64,000 bases of DNA from Kiritimatiellia bacterium (GTDB lineage Bacteria; Verrucomicrobiota; Kiritimatiellia; RFP12; JBMNHG01): positions 568,654 through 632,653 of the forward strand of contig JBMNHG010000002.1 in NCBI GenBank assembly GCA_050950285.1. Direction: 5' to 3'. Each line of letters begins with the position of its first letter. The first letter of the stretch is position 1. Under the pieces are notes generated by a model that saw only the letters and a list, made by a program, of their open reading frames with translations, was not told the DNA's origin and searched no databases. Positions 8,387 to 17,126 of the stretch are shown here, one piece after another. The translations under genes were made by a program, and so were the position numbers.

Positions 8387-9454
8387 CTACGATGCGGCGG
8401 CGTCTTTCATGGCCACGAGGTTTTCCCAGGGGACTTCGGGTTCGACCATGTGGGTGGGGCCGACGACCAGGCCTCCGGCGTCGCCGCAGAGCCGGATGTT
8501 TTCGCGGACGGCGGCCTTCACCTCCTCCGGCGTGCCGAAGGGGAGGAGCCTCTGCGTTCCGATGGTTCCCCAGAAGGAGAGCTTCCCCGCGGCTTCGCGC
8601 ACGACATCCGCGAAGGCCATGCATTCGGGCTGGACCGGGTTCAGGATGTCGACGCCGATTTCCGCGAGTTCGCCGAGGAAGGGGGCGACGAATCCGCAGG
8701 AGTGGTAGAACACGAGCAGGTCGGGACGGACGGCGCGGGCGGCGTCGATCACGCGCGCCAGGCGCGGCTTGAGCCACGTGCGCCACAGGTCCAGCCCCAT
8801 CATCGTGGTCTGCTGCATGCCGATGTCGTCGCCCAGCTGGAGGATGTCGGCCCCGGCGCGGGCGCAGGCCCCGGCGCGGGCGGCGGAGAGGGCCGTCACG
8901 CGGTCGAGCAGGACGGTGGCGCGGTCGTCGCCGCACATCATGTCCACCATCAGATCCTCCATCGAGCGCAGGTACCAGGCGGTTTCCCAGACGGTGCAGG
9001 GCATGGTCGCCATGACCGCGAGGCCGCGGGCGCGGATGGCTTGGCAGGAGTCGGCCAAGGGGGCGGCGTCGGCGGGGTCGAGGACGGGGAAGGGATGGCG
9101 CAGGATGTCGTCGGCGGCGACCTCCTCGCCGCGGAGGGGGTGGTGCATCCGCGTCATGTGCCAGCAGCCGGGGTGGCGGGAGTGTCCGACGCCCCACTCG
9201 TCCACGGAGGTGTCGGCGGGGAGGGATTCGCGGGGGAAGAGGTCTGCCTCGGATCCGGGTTCGTAGCCGGGGCGGAGGGGGAGCCACACGCTGCGCATGG
9301 GGTTTCCGAACCAGCCTTCGACGTCGGAATGCCCGAAGCGTTTTTCGAAGGCTTCGACCTGTGCGGGGCAGAAGGCGCCGGATTCGACGGGGGTCCAATC
9401 GAAGCCCTGCCGGCGGAGGGTTCTCAGCAGATTGTCGCGGGGGGTGGCTCCCAT
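8387..9454 (-). CDS. uroporphyrinogen decarboxylase / MtaA-CmuA family protein
   Basis: TVWETAWYLRSMEDLM, LGDDIGMQ, FYHSCG, EIGVDILNPVQPE, FWGTIGTQRLLPFGTPEEV, VGPTH, PWEN. Confidence 0.85.
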   Translation of the reverse strand: MGATPRDNLLRTLRRQGFDWTPVESGAFCPAQVEAFEKRFGHSDVEGWFGNPMRSVWLPLRPGYEPGSEADLFPRESLPADTSVDEWGVGHSRHPGCWHMTRMHHPLRGEEVAADDILRHPFPVLDPADAAPLADSCQAIRARGLAVMATMPCTVWETAWYLRSMEDLMVDMMCGDDRATVLLDRVTALSAARAGACARAGADILQLGDDIGMQQTTMMGLDLWRTWLKPRLARVIDAARAVRPDLLVFYHSCGFVAPFLGELAEIGVDILNPVQPECMAFADVVREAAGKLSFWGTIGTQRLLPFGTPEEVKAAVRENIRLCGDAGGLVVGPTHMVEPEVPWENLVAMKDAAAS

Positions 9455-9476
9455 GGGGATCCTTTCGGGAGAGGGT

Positions 9477-11447
9477 TCAGCGGCCGAGTTCGGTGCGGGC
9501 GATGAGGGCGTCCTGCCATTCGCGGTCGAGGGAGACGAAGCGGGCGCTGTACCCGCTGATGCGCACCAGGAGGGAGGCGTGGGCGTCGGGGTCGCGCTGC
9601 GCGGCGCGGAGTTCGTCGGCGGAGGCGAGGTTCACGTGGAGGTGGCTTCCGCCCTGCGCGAAGTAGCTTTCGACGAGCCATCGGAGCTTCTCGGGGGAGG
9701 CGTCCCCGCGGTTCATCGAGACCGTGAGCGGCGCGCCGCACGGCGCGTGGTCGTGGGCGATGCGGGCGGCGGCGTTGAGCCATTCCGTGGGTGCGCCGGC
9801 CACGCTTTCGTCCGGGCCGCATCCGTACGAGAAGCGATCGGCGGCATGCCGCCCGTCGGGGGTGGCGAAGGCGGGGTGATGGATGTCGCCGCCGAACCAG
9901 AAGAAGGCGGGATAGGGGCGCGAGCCGTCGTCGAGCGGGTGGCGCAGCACCTCGTCGGCGAAGAAGGCGGAGAGTTCCGAGGCGAGCGCGTCGCTTTCCG
10001 GGCTTCCCGTGCCGAACTTCCCGCGGCAGGCGCGGCATTCGGCGCGGATGGCCTCGTCGGGGAAGTCGGCGGCGACCTGCTCCGCCAGTCCGGCGAGGGT
10101 GAGGGTTTTCCGGACGAAGACCAGCTCGCGCACCGCGACCAGGCTGTCGACCAGCGTGCCGATGCCCAGGAAGTTCACGCCGAAGAAGTTGAAGTCGGCG
10201 CCCATGTCCGTGGATGCGCGGTTGCGCTCGATGCAGCTGCGCAGGCAGAGCGTTTCGAAGGGGACCTGCCCCTGTTCGCGGATGGAGGCCTTGAGGCGGT
10301 TGAAGCGCGGCAGGAGCTCGCTCTCGTAGTGGTGCCGGAAGAAGTCGCGGTAGGCGGAGAGGAAGGCGTCGAAGGTCGCGAAGTCCCCGCCGAGGCCGAG
10401 GAAGTCGACGAGCGATCGCGGCAGGGCGGCCTGCCCGGCGGTGGTCAAGGCCTCGGTGGCGCCCGGGAGGGTCGCCTCGTAGCATCCGACGACCGCCCAG
10501 TCGGCCGTGGTCTCGTATGGCACGCCGAGCCGGCGGAGGCCCTCCCGCACCACGTCGGAGTGGAAGAAGGCGGGCATTCCGAAGCCTTCCATCGCGAGGG
10601 CCAGCGCGGCGTCCCAGACGGGTTGCGAGGTGCGGGAGTCGATGCGGAGCGAGAGCGAGGGCTGGGGCAGCTTCAACGCGCGCATCGTGTCGAGGAAAAG
10701 GAGGGTGAGGCGGTCGTCTCGCGCGCCGCCGAGGGTGAGATTCTGCGATTCCTCTCCCTCGCAGCATTTGAGGAGGAAGGCGCCGACGGCCTCGGCGTCT
10801 GCGGCGGCGTCCTCCGAAAGGAAGGGGAGGAGGTCGTCGTCGAGGCGTCCGAAGGAGACCCCCCACCACCCGCCGCCTTCCGCATGGAGGAAGATGTGGG
10901 TGAACCAGACGACCTGGAGGGCTTCGAGGAGGGTGCGGGCGGGGCGGTCGGCGAGATCGGCGCACCCCTCGTGGCGGCGGATGAAGTGGCGGAAGGCGTC
11001 GACCGTCTCCAGCAAGGCCTCGCGCAGTTCGCCGGGCGGCATCGCCTGCACGCGCGCCCGGAGCGCGGCGGGGCCTTCGCGGACCATGCGCGGATAGTCC
11101 ACGGCGACGTGGAGCTGCGTCCAGGGCCCGCGCACCGCGATGAAGGCCTGGTCTTCGGCGGGGAGCGACCACGGGGATCCGCCCGTGAAGCGCATCGAGC
11201 CCTGGATGGGCGAATCGGGGTCCGCCTCCACGGGCATCCGCCCGGCGAACAAGCGGAGCAGGCGGGCGCGGAAGCGCAGGCTCGACTCCGACGCGGTTTG
11301 GCGGTGCGCCTCGGGGAGCAGGGCGAGGTAGGCCTGCTGTTCGGCGGGGTCGCACAGGAAGCGCGCGCGGGACCAGTCCCCGGCGCCCAGAATGCGCATC
11401 CGCCCTTCCAGGCGCTGCCGCAGGAACTGGATGCGCGGGGAAATCAT
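9477..11447 (-). CDS. glycyl radical enzyme (PFL superfamily), substrate unknown
   Basis: Cys loop VVGCYE, C-terminal Gly loop LLVRISGYSARF, SFGRLD, QNLTLGG, ATPDGR. ATGA overlap with the upstream ORF. Confidence 0.88.
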   Translation of the reverse strand: MISPRIQFLRQRLEGRMRILGAGDWSRARFLCDPAEQQAYLALLPEAHRQTASESSLRFRARLLRLFAGRMPVEADPDSPIQGSMRFTGGSPWSLPAEDQAFIAVRGPWTQLHVAVDYPRMVREGPAALRARVQAMPPGELREALLETVDAFRHFIRRHEGCADLADRPARTLLEALQVVWFTHIFLHAEGGGWWGVSFGRLDDDLLPFLSEDAAADAEAVGAFLLKCCEGEESQNLTLGGARDDRLTLLFLDTMRALKLPQPSLSLRIDSRTSQPVWDAALALAMEGFGMPAFFHSDVVREGLRRLGVPYETTADWAVVGCYEATLPGATEALTTAGQAALPRSLVDFLGLGGDFATFDAFLSAYRDFFRHHYESELLPRFNRLKASIREQGQVPFETLCLRSCIERNRASTDMGADFNFFGVNFLGIGTLVDSLVAVRELVFVRKTLTLAGLAEQVAADFPDEAIRAECRACRGKFGTGSPESDALASELSAFFADEVLRHPLDDGSRPYPAFFWFGGDIHHPAFATPDGRHAADRFSYGCGPDESVAGAPTEWLNAAARIAHDHAPCGAPLTVSMNRGDASPEKLRWLVESYFAQGGSHLHVNLASADELRAAQRDPDAHASLLVRISGYSARFVSLDREWQDALIARTELGR

Positions 11448-12001
11448 GCGTCCTTGGGCGAGGAGCCGCGGGCGGCGGAACCGGCGAGCTTCCGCTTGAG
11501 GTCGTTGAGTCCGGCCATCGCCTTGGCGACCTGCTTGCGGATGGCGGTGAGTTCGGCCAGCGCGCGGTCGAGGGCGGCGACGGGCTCCTCCTCCTTGGGC
11601 TCGGCCTCCGAAGGCGGCCGGAAGAAGAGCTTGTCCTCCTCGGAGAGGACGAAGCTCGCGGTGTAGTAGAGGCTGTTCAGGCAGATGATGTGGAGGACGA
11701 GGGGCTCGCCGCCGGACCCGTCGTCGGGGAGAAGGGAGATCACGAGCTTGTCGTCGTCCAGCGATCCGGCGCCGTGCTTGATGATGTGGCCGTCTTTGCC
11801 GAAGGAATAGGGGAGGCCGTCGAGGTACTGCTCGATGAACTTGCCTTCCGTGTCGATCATTTCGCCGGCGGCGTTGTAGACGTAGAACCCGAGCGGGTTG
11901 CCGTCGGGGCGCGGGTTGAAGCCCACGACCTTGCCGTTCTGGTCCATGAAATTGAGCGAACTCTTTTTGCGGGTCATCGCATTTTCGATGAGCTTGATCA
12001 T
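11444..12001 (-). CDS. hypothetical protein with C-terminal coiled coil
   Basis: 185-aa ORF with host-like codon usage. RBS GGAGGG precedes ATG 12001. C-terminal heptads ALDRALAELTAIRKQVAKAMAGLNDLKRKL. Confidence 0.7.
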   Translation of the reverse strand: MIKLIENAMTRKKSSLNFMDQNGKVVGFNPRPDGNPLGFYVYNAAGEMIDTEGKFIEQYLDGLPYSFGKDGHIIKHGAGSLDDDKLVISLLPDDGSGGEPLVLHIICLNSLYYTASFVLSEEDKLFFRPPSEAEPKEEEPVAALDRALAELTAIRKQVAKAMAGLNDLKRKLAGSAARGSSPKDA

Positions 12002-12128
12002 ATCGCGGATCCCTCCAAGGATTTTGTTGTACATTAGGATACAGGAAACGGCGCGCCAGGGGAAGCACGGAATCGGGCGGGCGGCATCGCCCGGACGCGG
12101 CGCGGCTGTGGCGGCGGAAAGAAGGGGA

Positions 12129-12158
12129 TTGACGCCTGCGCGGATTCTGCGGTATCGT
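12129..12158 (+). promoter_or_regulatory. tRNA promoter
   Basis: TTGACG (12129-12134), 18-bp spacer, TATCGT (12153-12158), 12 bp before the tRNA. Confidence 0.5.
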
Positions 12159-12170
12159 ACATCGCGTTTT

Positions 12171-12246
12171 GCCAACATAGCTCAGCTGGTAGAGCGGCGC
12201 ATTCGTAATGCGCGGGTCGGTGGTTCGAATCCACTTGTTGGCTCCA
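12171..12246 (+). tRNA. tRNA-Thr(CGT)
   Basis: GCCAACA/TGTTGGC acceptor stem, D arm GCTCAGCTGGTAGAGC, anticodon arm GCGCA-TTCGTAA-TGCGC, T loop GGTTCGAATCC, encoded CCA. 76 nt. Confidence 0.97.
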
Positions 12247-12252
12247 GTTTCC

Positions 12253-12287
12253 AAGGCCTCGCGGGCATGTCCCCGCGAGGCTTTTTG
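12253..12287. terminator. intrinsic terminator between the convergent tRNA-Thr and thyX
   Basis: GCCTCGCGGG-loop-CCCGCGAGGC followed by TTTTT. Confidence 0.75.
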
Positions 12288-12327
12288 GGTGTCCGGATGT
12301 CGGGAAGCGGCGGGAACGGCGTGCCGT

Positions 12328-13269
12328 TCACGCCCAGACGGGGGGGAGGCCCAGGCGGGCGAGCTTGGCATCCAGCTCGCGGCTTTCGCGGCCCTTGCGG
12401 AGGGCGCCATCCTCGGCGGTGGACACCCACTTCCACTCGCGCTGGAGGGCCTGCGCGGCCTCGCGGTCGCCCTTGGCCATGCGGTTGACCTGCTCCAGGT
12501 CGAGGCGGGAGAGTTCCATCGAGGCGAGGCGATAGTCCTGGAAGGCCTCCCAGGCGAAGGGCACCCAGCGCGCGACGATCTCGTTGCCGATGGCCTCGGC
12601 GTATTCGCGGATCTCCAGTTGCGCATGGGGGGTCATGCGGAGTTCGAGGAAGTGCAGCAGGTTGTGGAGGTCGATCTTCCAGTACGCCTCGGTATAGGTC
12701 GAAAGGGGCAGGTCCTTTCGGGCCTGTTCGCGGGCGACGCCGATGGCCAGTCGTGCTTCGTAGGTGTCGCGGGCCATGCGATGGAGCACGGATTCGCTCT
12801 GGGTGAGGATGGCGCCCGTCTCGTCCGGAAGGAAGCCGCCGCTGCCCTGGCGGTTGTCGGTGGACTGTGCGCGCCAGGCGTCGGGCGAGGTGCGTTGCGC
12901 GGCGTCGATGGCGACGGAGTAGCGGGTGGAATATTCGTTGACGCTCGCCGTGCGGTGGCGCACCCACTGCCGCCAGCAATCCATCGGGGCGCGGATGTGC
13001 AATTTGATCTCGCACATCTCGAGGGGGCTCGTATGCCGATGGCGGAGGAGGTAGCGGATGAGGCCGCGGTCCTGGGAGATTTGCTTGGTGCCCGCGCCAT
13101 AGGAGACGCGCGCGGCCTGGACGATGGCGGCGTCGTTGCCGAGATAGTCCACGGGACGGACGAATCCGTCGTCGAGCACGGGGATCCGGGCGCCGAGGAT
13201 GGCGTCCAGTTCGGGTGCGCTGGCACGGGGGGCGGGAAGGTCGGCCGGGAGGGAGGGATCGTTTGCCAT
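12328..13269 (-). CDS. thyX: FAD-dependent thymidylate synthase
   Basis: AARVSY, HTSPLE, RQWVRHRTASVNEYSTRY, AREQAR, NLLHFLELR..HAQLEIR. Confidence 0.95.
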   Translation of the reverse strand: MANDPSLPADLPAPRASAPELDAILGARIPVLDDGFVRPVDYLGNDAAIVQAARVSYGAGTKQISQDRGLIRYLLRHRHTSPLEMCEIKLHIRAPMDCWRQWVRHRTASVNEYSTRYSVAIDAAQRTSPDAWRAQSTDNRQGSGGFLPDETGAILTQSESVLHRMARDTYEARLAIGVAREQARKDLPLSTYTEAYWKIDLHNLLHFLELRMTPHAQLEIREYAEAIGNEIVARWVPFAWEAFQDYRLASMELSRLDLEQVNRMAKGDREAAQALQREWKWVSTAEDGALRKGRESRELDAKLARLGLPPVWA

Positions 13270-13395
13270 GGTGAAAGTCCAATTCGAGTCGGGGACACGA
13301 TACCACACGGACGCGCCGCCCGCAATCGCAGGGACGCGGACGATCCCATTGCCGTTGACGTCCTTGGCGGGGATGTGCCACGATGCGCTTCCGAC

Positions 13396-15573
13396 ATGAA
13401 AACCCCCTTCTTCCGCCCCTGGCGGCTTTTCCTTCCCGTCTGCCTTGTCTTGTCCGCTTCGTTCGCCTTCGGCGTGGAGCTGCTGGCGCCTTCGGCGGCG
13501 CGGGTCCGGGCGATTTCCGCGGGGAGCGGCACGCCCCGCGCGGTCTTCCGGGAGGGTGCGTACCGTCTGCCGCTCGCGATTCCCGACGGCGCCGACCGCA
13601 TCTACTGGGACATCCCCTTCTCCGCGCCGCTTCCCCCGGGCGCCACGGTGCTGGTGCTCGACCTTTCCATGCCGTCGATTCCGGGGCAGGTGCGCAGCTT
13701 CTCGCTTCATGTGAAGTCCGGCAAGGGCTGGTACCTTTATCCGGACAGCCTCTCGCCGCAGGCAAGCGGGAAGTTGAAGATTCCGCTCCCGATGTTCAAG
13801 CCGGAAGGGACGCCGGGTCCGCTTTCCGCCATCACCGCCATGCGGATCTCCGCGTGGCGCGATGCCGGCTTTCGCGGCAAGCCGCTTGCGGACGCCTTCC
13901 TTTCGATCGCATCGGTCGCCGCCTTTTCCTCCCCCATCGCCATCGTGAAATCCACCGACGCGACCGCCCCGGGCGAGACGGCCTTTGCCGGGCGGATGGC
14001 CGATCGCAGCCTCCGCGCCTTCCTGCGGGCGGGATACGCGCCCGCCCTCGTGGATGACACCTTCGCCGATCTCCCGGAGGCGAAGCTGCTCGTGCTTCCC
14101 TACTCGCCGAAGCTTTCGGACGCCGCCGCGAAGAGGCTGTGCGCCTACGTGGCGAAGGGCGGGAAGCTGATGGTCCACTACAGCGCCTCGGCCCCGCTCG
14201 CCAGGCTCTTCGGCATCCATACGCCGGTCTGGGGGCAGGGTCCGGGCAAGGAGGGCTATTCGGCGATGGTGGCGTCCAGGGGCGTTTCCCCCGCGGAAGG
14301 CGGCGAGGTGGTCCCGCACCGGACCACGAGCGTGCTCCTCCCGCGCCCGTTGAAGGGGTCGAAGGCGGGCGTGCGGGCCGTCTGGCTGGATTCGCGCGGG
14401 AACACCACCGGCGATCCCGCCTGCGTACTCTCCGATGCGGGGGCCTGGTTCGCGCATGTGCCGCCGCTCCCCTCCCCTGCCGCCGCCGGCCTGTTGCGCG
14501 GGGTGGTCCGCAGTGTCGCGCCATCGATCCTCGCCCTTCCCCTGGACCATCCGCGTCCGGCGCGGCTGGTGGCGGCCGTGCGCCCCCATCGCGAGATTCG
14601 CGGCATCTGGTTCCCCTCGCCGGCGGCGTGCCATCCCAAGGGCTGGGACGGGCTCTTCGCCGACCTCGCCTCCACGCGACTCTGCAACACGGCGTTCATC
14701 CGCCTGCAATCCTCCGGGACCGCCCTCTACCCCAGCGGCGGGAAGCTGCCGGAGCGTCTCCCGGGCGGCGCGTCCCGCGTGGAGGACATCGTCGCGGCAG
14801 GCCGCAAGCATGGAATCGCGGTGCACGCCTGGACGGTGTGCTGGGATGCTTCCGAAGCCGCGGATCTCCCGCGGCTCCGCAAAGAGGGGCTTCTGATGAA
14901 GGACGAAAAGGGGAAGGAGGTCCCCTGGCGCTGCCCCGACCATCCCCGGAACGGCGCCGAACTCCAGGCCGCGATCCTCGATGCCGCGGCGCGCGGCGCG
15001 CACATCGAACTGGACTTCATCCGCTACTCCGGAAGCAACACCTGCTACTGCGAGACCACCCGCCGGGCCTTCGAGAAGGCCCTCGGACGGCGCGTCGCGG
15101 ACTGGCCGGCGGAGGTGATGGCGGGCGGCCCCCTGCAGGCGCGCTTCCGCGCCTTCCGCGCGCAGTCGCTCACCTCGTGGATCGCCGGGCTGCGCGACGT
15201 CCTGAAACGGAAGCATCCGGGCATCCGGCTTTCGACGACGGTCTACGCCGATCCCGCGAGCGGAAGCGAAGTGGGGCAGGCGTGGCCTGCCTGGGCAAAG
15301 GCCGGACTGGTGGACTTCGTCTCGCCGATGATCTACGTCGAGAACGACGCCGTCTTCGCCTCCCACCTGTCGCGCTGCAAGGATGCGCTGGAGAATCCCG
15401 GCGAAACGCTCGTGCCGGGGATCGGGGTGTCCTCGTCGCCAAGCCAGCTCGACATCGCGCAGACCGTCGCGCAGCTCAACGTCTGCCGTTCCCAGGGGTT
15501 GCGGGGGTACATCCTCTACGCCTACGACGCCTCGCTCGCGGCGATTCTCCGCGCGATCGAGGGCGGGCGGTGA
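13396..15573 (+). CDS. exported GHL10/DUF187-like glycoside hydrolase with N-terminal CBM-like and GATase-like domains
   Basis: Signal peptide. C-terminal EIRGIW...AVHAW...LDFIRY...GQAWPAW..GLVDFVSPMIY pattern of the YddW/GHL10 family. Confidence 0.75.
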   Translation: MKTPFFRPWRLFLPVCLVLSASFAFGVELLAPSAARVRAISAGSGTPRAVFREGAYRLPLAIPDGADRIYWDIPFSAPLPPGATVLVLDLSMPSIPGQVRSFSLHVKSGKGWYLYPDSLSPQASGKLKIPLPMFKPEGTPGPLSAITAMRISAWRDAGFRGKPLADAFLSIASVAAFSSPIAIVKSTDATAPGETAFAGRMADRSLRAFLRAGYAPALVDDTFADLPEAKLLVLPYSPKLSDAAAKRLCAYVAKGGKLMVHYSASAPLARLFGIHTPVWGQGPGKEGYSAMVASRGVSPAEGGEVVPHRTTSVLLPRPLKGSKAGVRAVWLDSRGNTTGDPACVLSDAGAWFAHVPPLPSPAAAGLLRGVVRSVAPSILALPLDHPRPARLVAAVRPHREIRGIWFPSPAACHPKGWDGLFADLASTRLCNTAFIRLQSSGTALYPSGGKLPERLPGGASRVEDIVAAGRKHGIAVHAWTVCWDASEAADLPRLRKEGLLMKDEKGKEVPWRCPDHPRNGAELQAAILDAAARGAHIELDFIRYSGSNTCYCETTRRAFEKALGRRVADWPAEVMAGGPLQARFRAFRAQSLTSWIAGLRDVLKRKHPGIRLSTTVYADPASGSEVGQAWPAWAKAGLVDFVSPMIYVENDAVFASHLSRCKDALENPGETLVPGIGVSSSPSQLDIAQTVAQLNVCRSQGLRGYILYAYDASLAAILRAIEGGR

Positions 15574-15589
15574 CCGGGGGTGCGGCGGG

Positions 15590-16558
15590 TCACAGGCCTT
15601 CGGGCGGCTCCAGGCGCACGTAGTCGGCGACGGCCTCCTCGAGGTCGAGGAAGGGGGCGTCGTAGCCGGCGGCGCGGAGCTTCGCCATGTCCGCCTGGGT
15701 GAAGTACTGGTACTTGCCCCGGAGTTTGGCGGGCATCTCGATGTAGCGGATGTCGACGGGGCGTCCGAGGGCCTTGAAGACGGCGCGCGCGAGGTCGTTC
15801 CACGTGCGGGCCTTGCCGGTGCCGCAGTTGAAGAGCCCGCCGGTCTCGGGGTGCTCCACCAGGAAGAGCGTGGCGTCCACGGCGTCGCGGACGTAGACGA
15901 AGTCGCGCTTCTGGCCGCCGTCGGGGTACTCGGGGCGGTCGCTTTGGAAGAGTTCGATCCATCCGCGCGAGAGGACTTGCCCGAAGGCCTTGTGGACCAT
16001 CGAGCGCATGTCGTCCTTGTGGGCTTCGCGCGGGCCGTACACGTTGAAGTACTTCAGGCCCGCGATGCGGTCGAAGAGTCCGTTGCCCAGGGCCCAGAGG
16101 TCGAAGAGGTGCTTCGAGTAGCCGTACATGTTGAGGGGGCGGAGGGAGGGCACGGCGGCGAGGTCGTCGGAGTAGCCCTGCGAGCCGTCGCCGTAGGTGG
16201 CGGCGCTCGAGGCGTAGACGAAGCGGGCGCCGCGCGCGAGGGCCCACTCGCAGGCGGTACGGGTGAAGCGGTAGTTGTTTTCGAGCAGGAAGGCGGCGTC
16301 GCGCTCGGTGGTGGAGCTGCAGGCGCCGAGGTGCACGACGGCCTGGGCGGCGGGGAGGGCGTCGCGGGCCATGAGGTCGAGGAACTGCGCGGGGGCGACG
16401 AGGTCGTCGAAGCGGAGTCCCACGAGGTTCTTCCACTTCTCGTCCGTGCCCAGGTTGTCCACGAGCAGGAGATCCTGCCGCCCGCGGCGGTTGAGTTCCT
16501 CCACGAGGTTGCTGCCGATGAAGCCGGCGGCGCCGGTGACGATGATGGGGCTGTTCAC
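15590..16558 (-). CDS. hldD: ADP-L-glycero-D-manno-heptose 6-epimerase
   Basis: IIVTGAAGFIGSN, HLGACSSTTE, YASSAATYG, PLNMYGYSK, YFNVYGPREAHK, YQYFTQAD. GTG start overlaps the rfaE2 stop. Confidence 0.93.
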   Translation of the reverse strand: MNSPIIVTGAAGFIGSNLVEELNRRGRQDLLLVDNLGTDEKWKNLVGLRFDDLVAPAQFLDLMARDALPAAQAVVHLGACSSTTERDAAFLLENNYRFTRTACEWALARGARFVYASSAATYGDGSQGYSDDLAAVPSLRPLNMYGYSKHLFDLWALGNGLFDRIAGLKYFNVYGPREAHKDDMRSMVHKAFGQVLSRGWIELFQSDRPEYPDGGQKRDFVYVRDAVDATLFLVEHPETGGLFNCGTGKARTWNDLARAVFKALGRPVDIRYIEMPAKLRGKYQYFTQADMAKLRAAGYDAPFLDLEEAVADYVRLEPPEGL

Positions 16559-17061
16559 GGGGATGCCTCCTGTCCGCCGTAGACCTCGAGGATCCGGGCG
16601 ATGGTGTTGGTGGTGGAGCGGCCTTCGACCATGTCGGCCAGCACGACCTTCCCGCCGTGGGCCTCGACGGTTTCGCGGCCGCTCACGTAGTGCGCCCAGT
16701 CCTTCCCCTTCACGAGCACTTGCGGGAGGATCTTCGCGATGAGTTCCTTCGGCTCGTCCTCGTCGAAGAGCACCACGTAGTCCACGCAGCGGAGGCTCCC
16801 CAGCACGAAGGCGCGGTCCTCCTGCGGGTGGATGGGGCGGTTCGGGCCCTTGTTGCGGCGCACGGAGGCGTCGGTGTTGAGCCCCACCACGAGGGCGTCG
16901 CCCTGGGCGCGGGCGTAGGCCAGGTAGGTGGCGTGGCCGCGGTGGAGGATGTCGAAACAGCCGTTGGTGAAGACGAGCGACTTGCCTTCGGCGACGAGCC
17001 GGTCGCGCTCGGCGCGGCATTCGTCCGGTGTCAGGATTTTTGGGGGGGGGACGGGGGGCAT
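16555..17061 (-). CDS. rfaE2: D-glycero-beta-D-manno-heptose 1-phosphate adenylyltransferase
   Basis: VFTNGCFDILHRGH, LVVGLNTDASVRRNKGPNRPI, STTNTI. Confidence 0.92.
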   Translation of the reverse strand: MPPVPPPKILTPDECRAERDRLVAEGKSLVFTNGCFDILHRGHATYLAYARAQGDALVVGLNTDASVRRNKGPNRPIHPQEDRAFVLGSLRCVDYVVLFDEDEPKELIAKILPQVLVKGKDWAHYVSGRETVEAHGGKVVLADMVEGRSTTNTIARILEVYGGQEASP

Positions 17062-17126
17062 GGGACGTCTTTCGGGGGTTGCGGCGGGGCCCCTCGCAAC
17101 GCCGTGGAGGGGGCCCGCGGGGCGGA

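Noticed and set aside
12171..12246. tRNA-Thr as an integration site for an island
   Set aside because: No integrase is nearby, no repeat of the tRNA 3' end was noticed, and the flanking genes are housekeeping.
9477..12626. 1049-aa extended GRE, and the similar N-terminal extensions of thyX, galK, hldD and rfaE2 in the ORF track
   Set aside because: The extensions cross the tRNA or other genes and are low-complexity. Internal starts with an RBS or coupled stops fit better.
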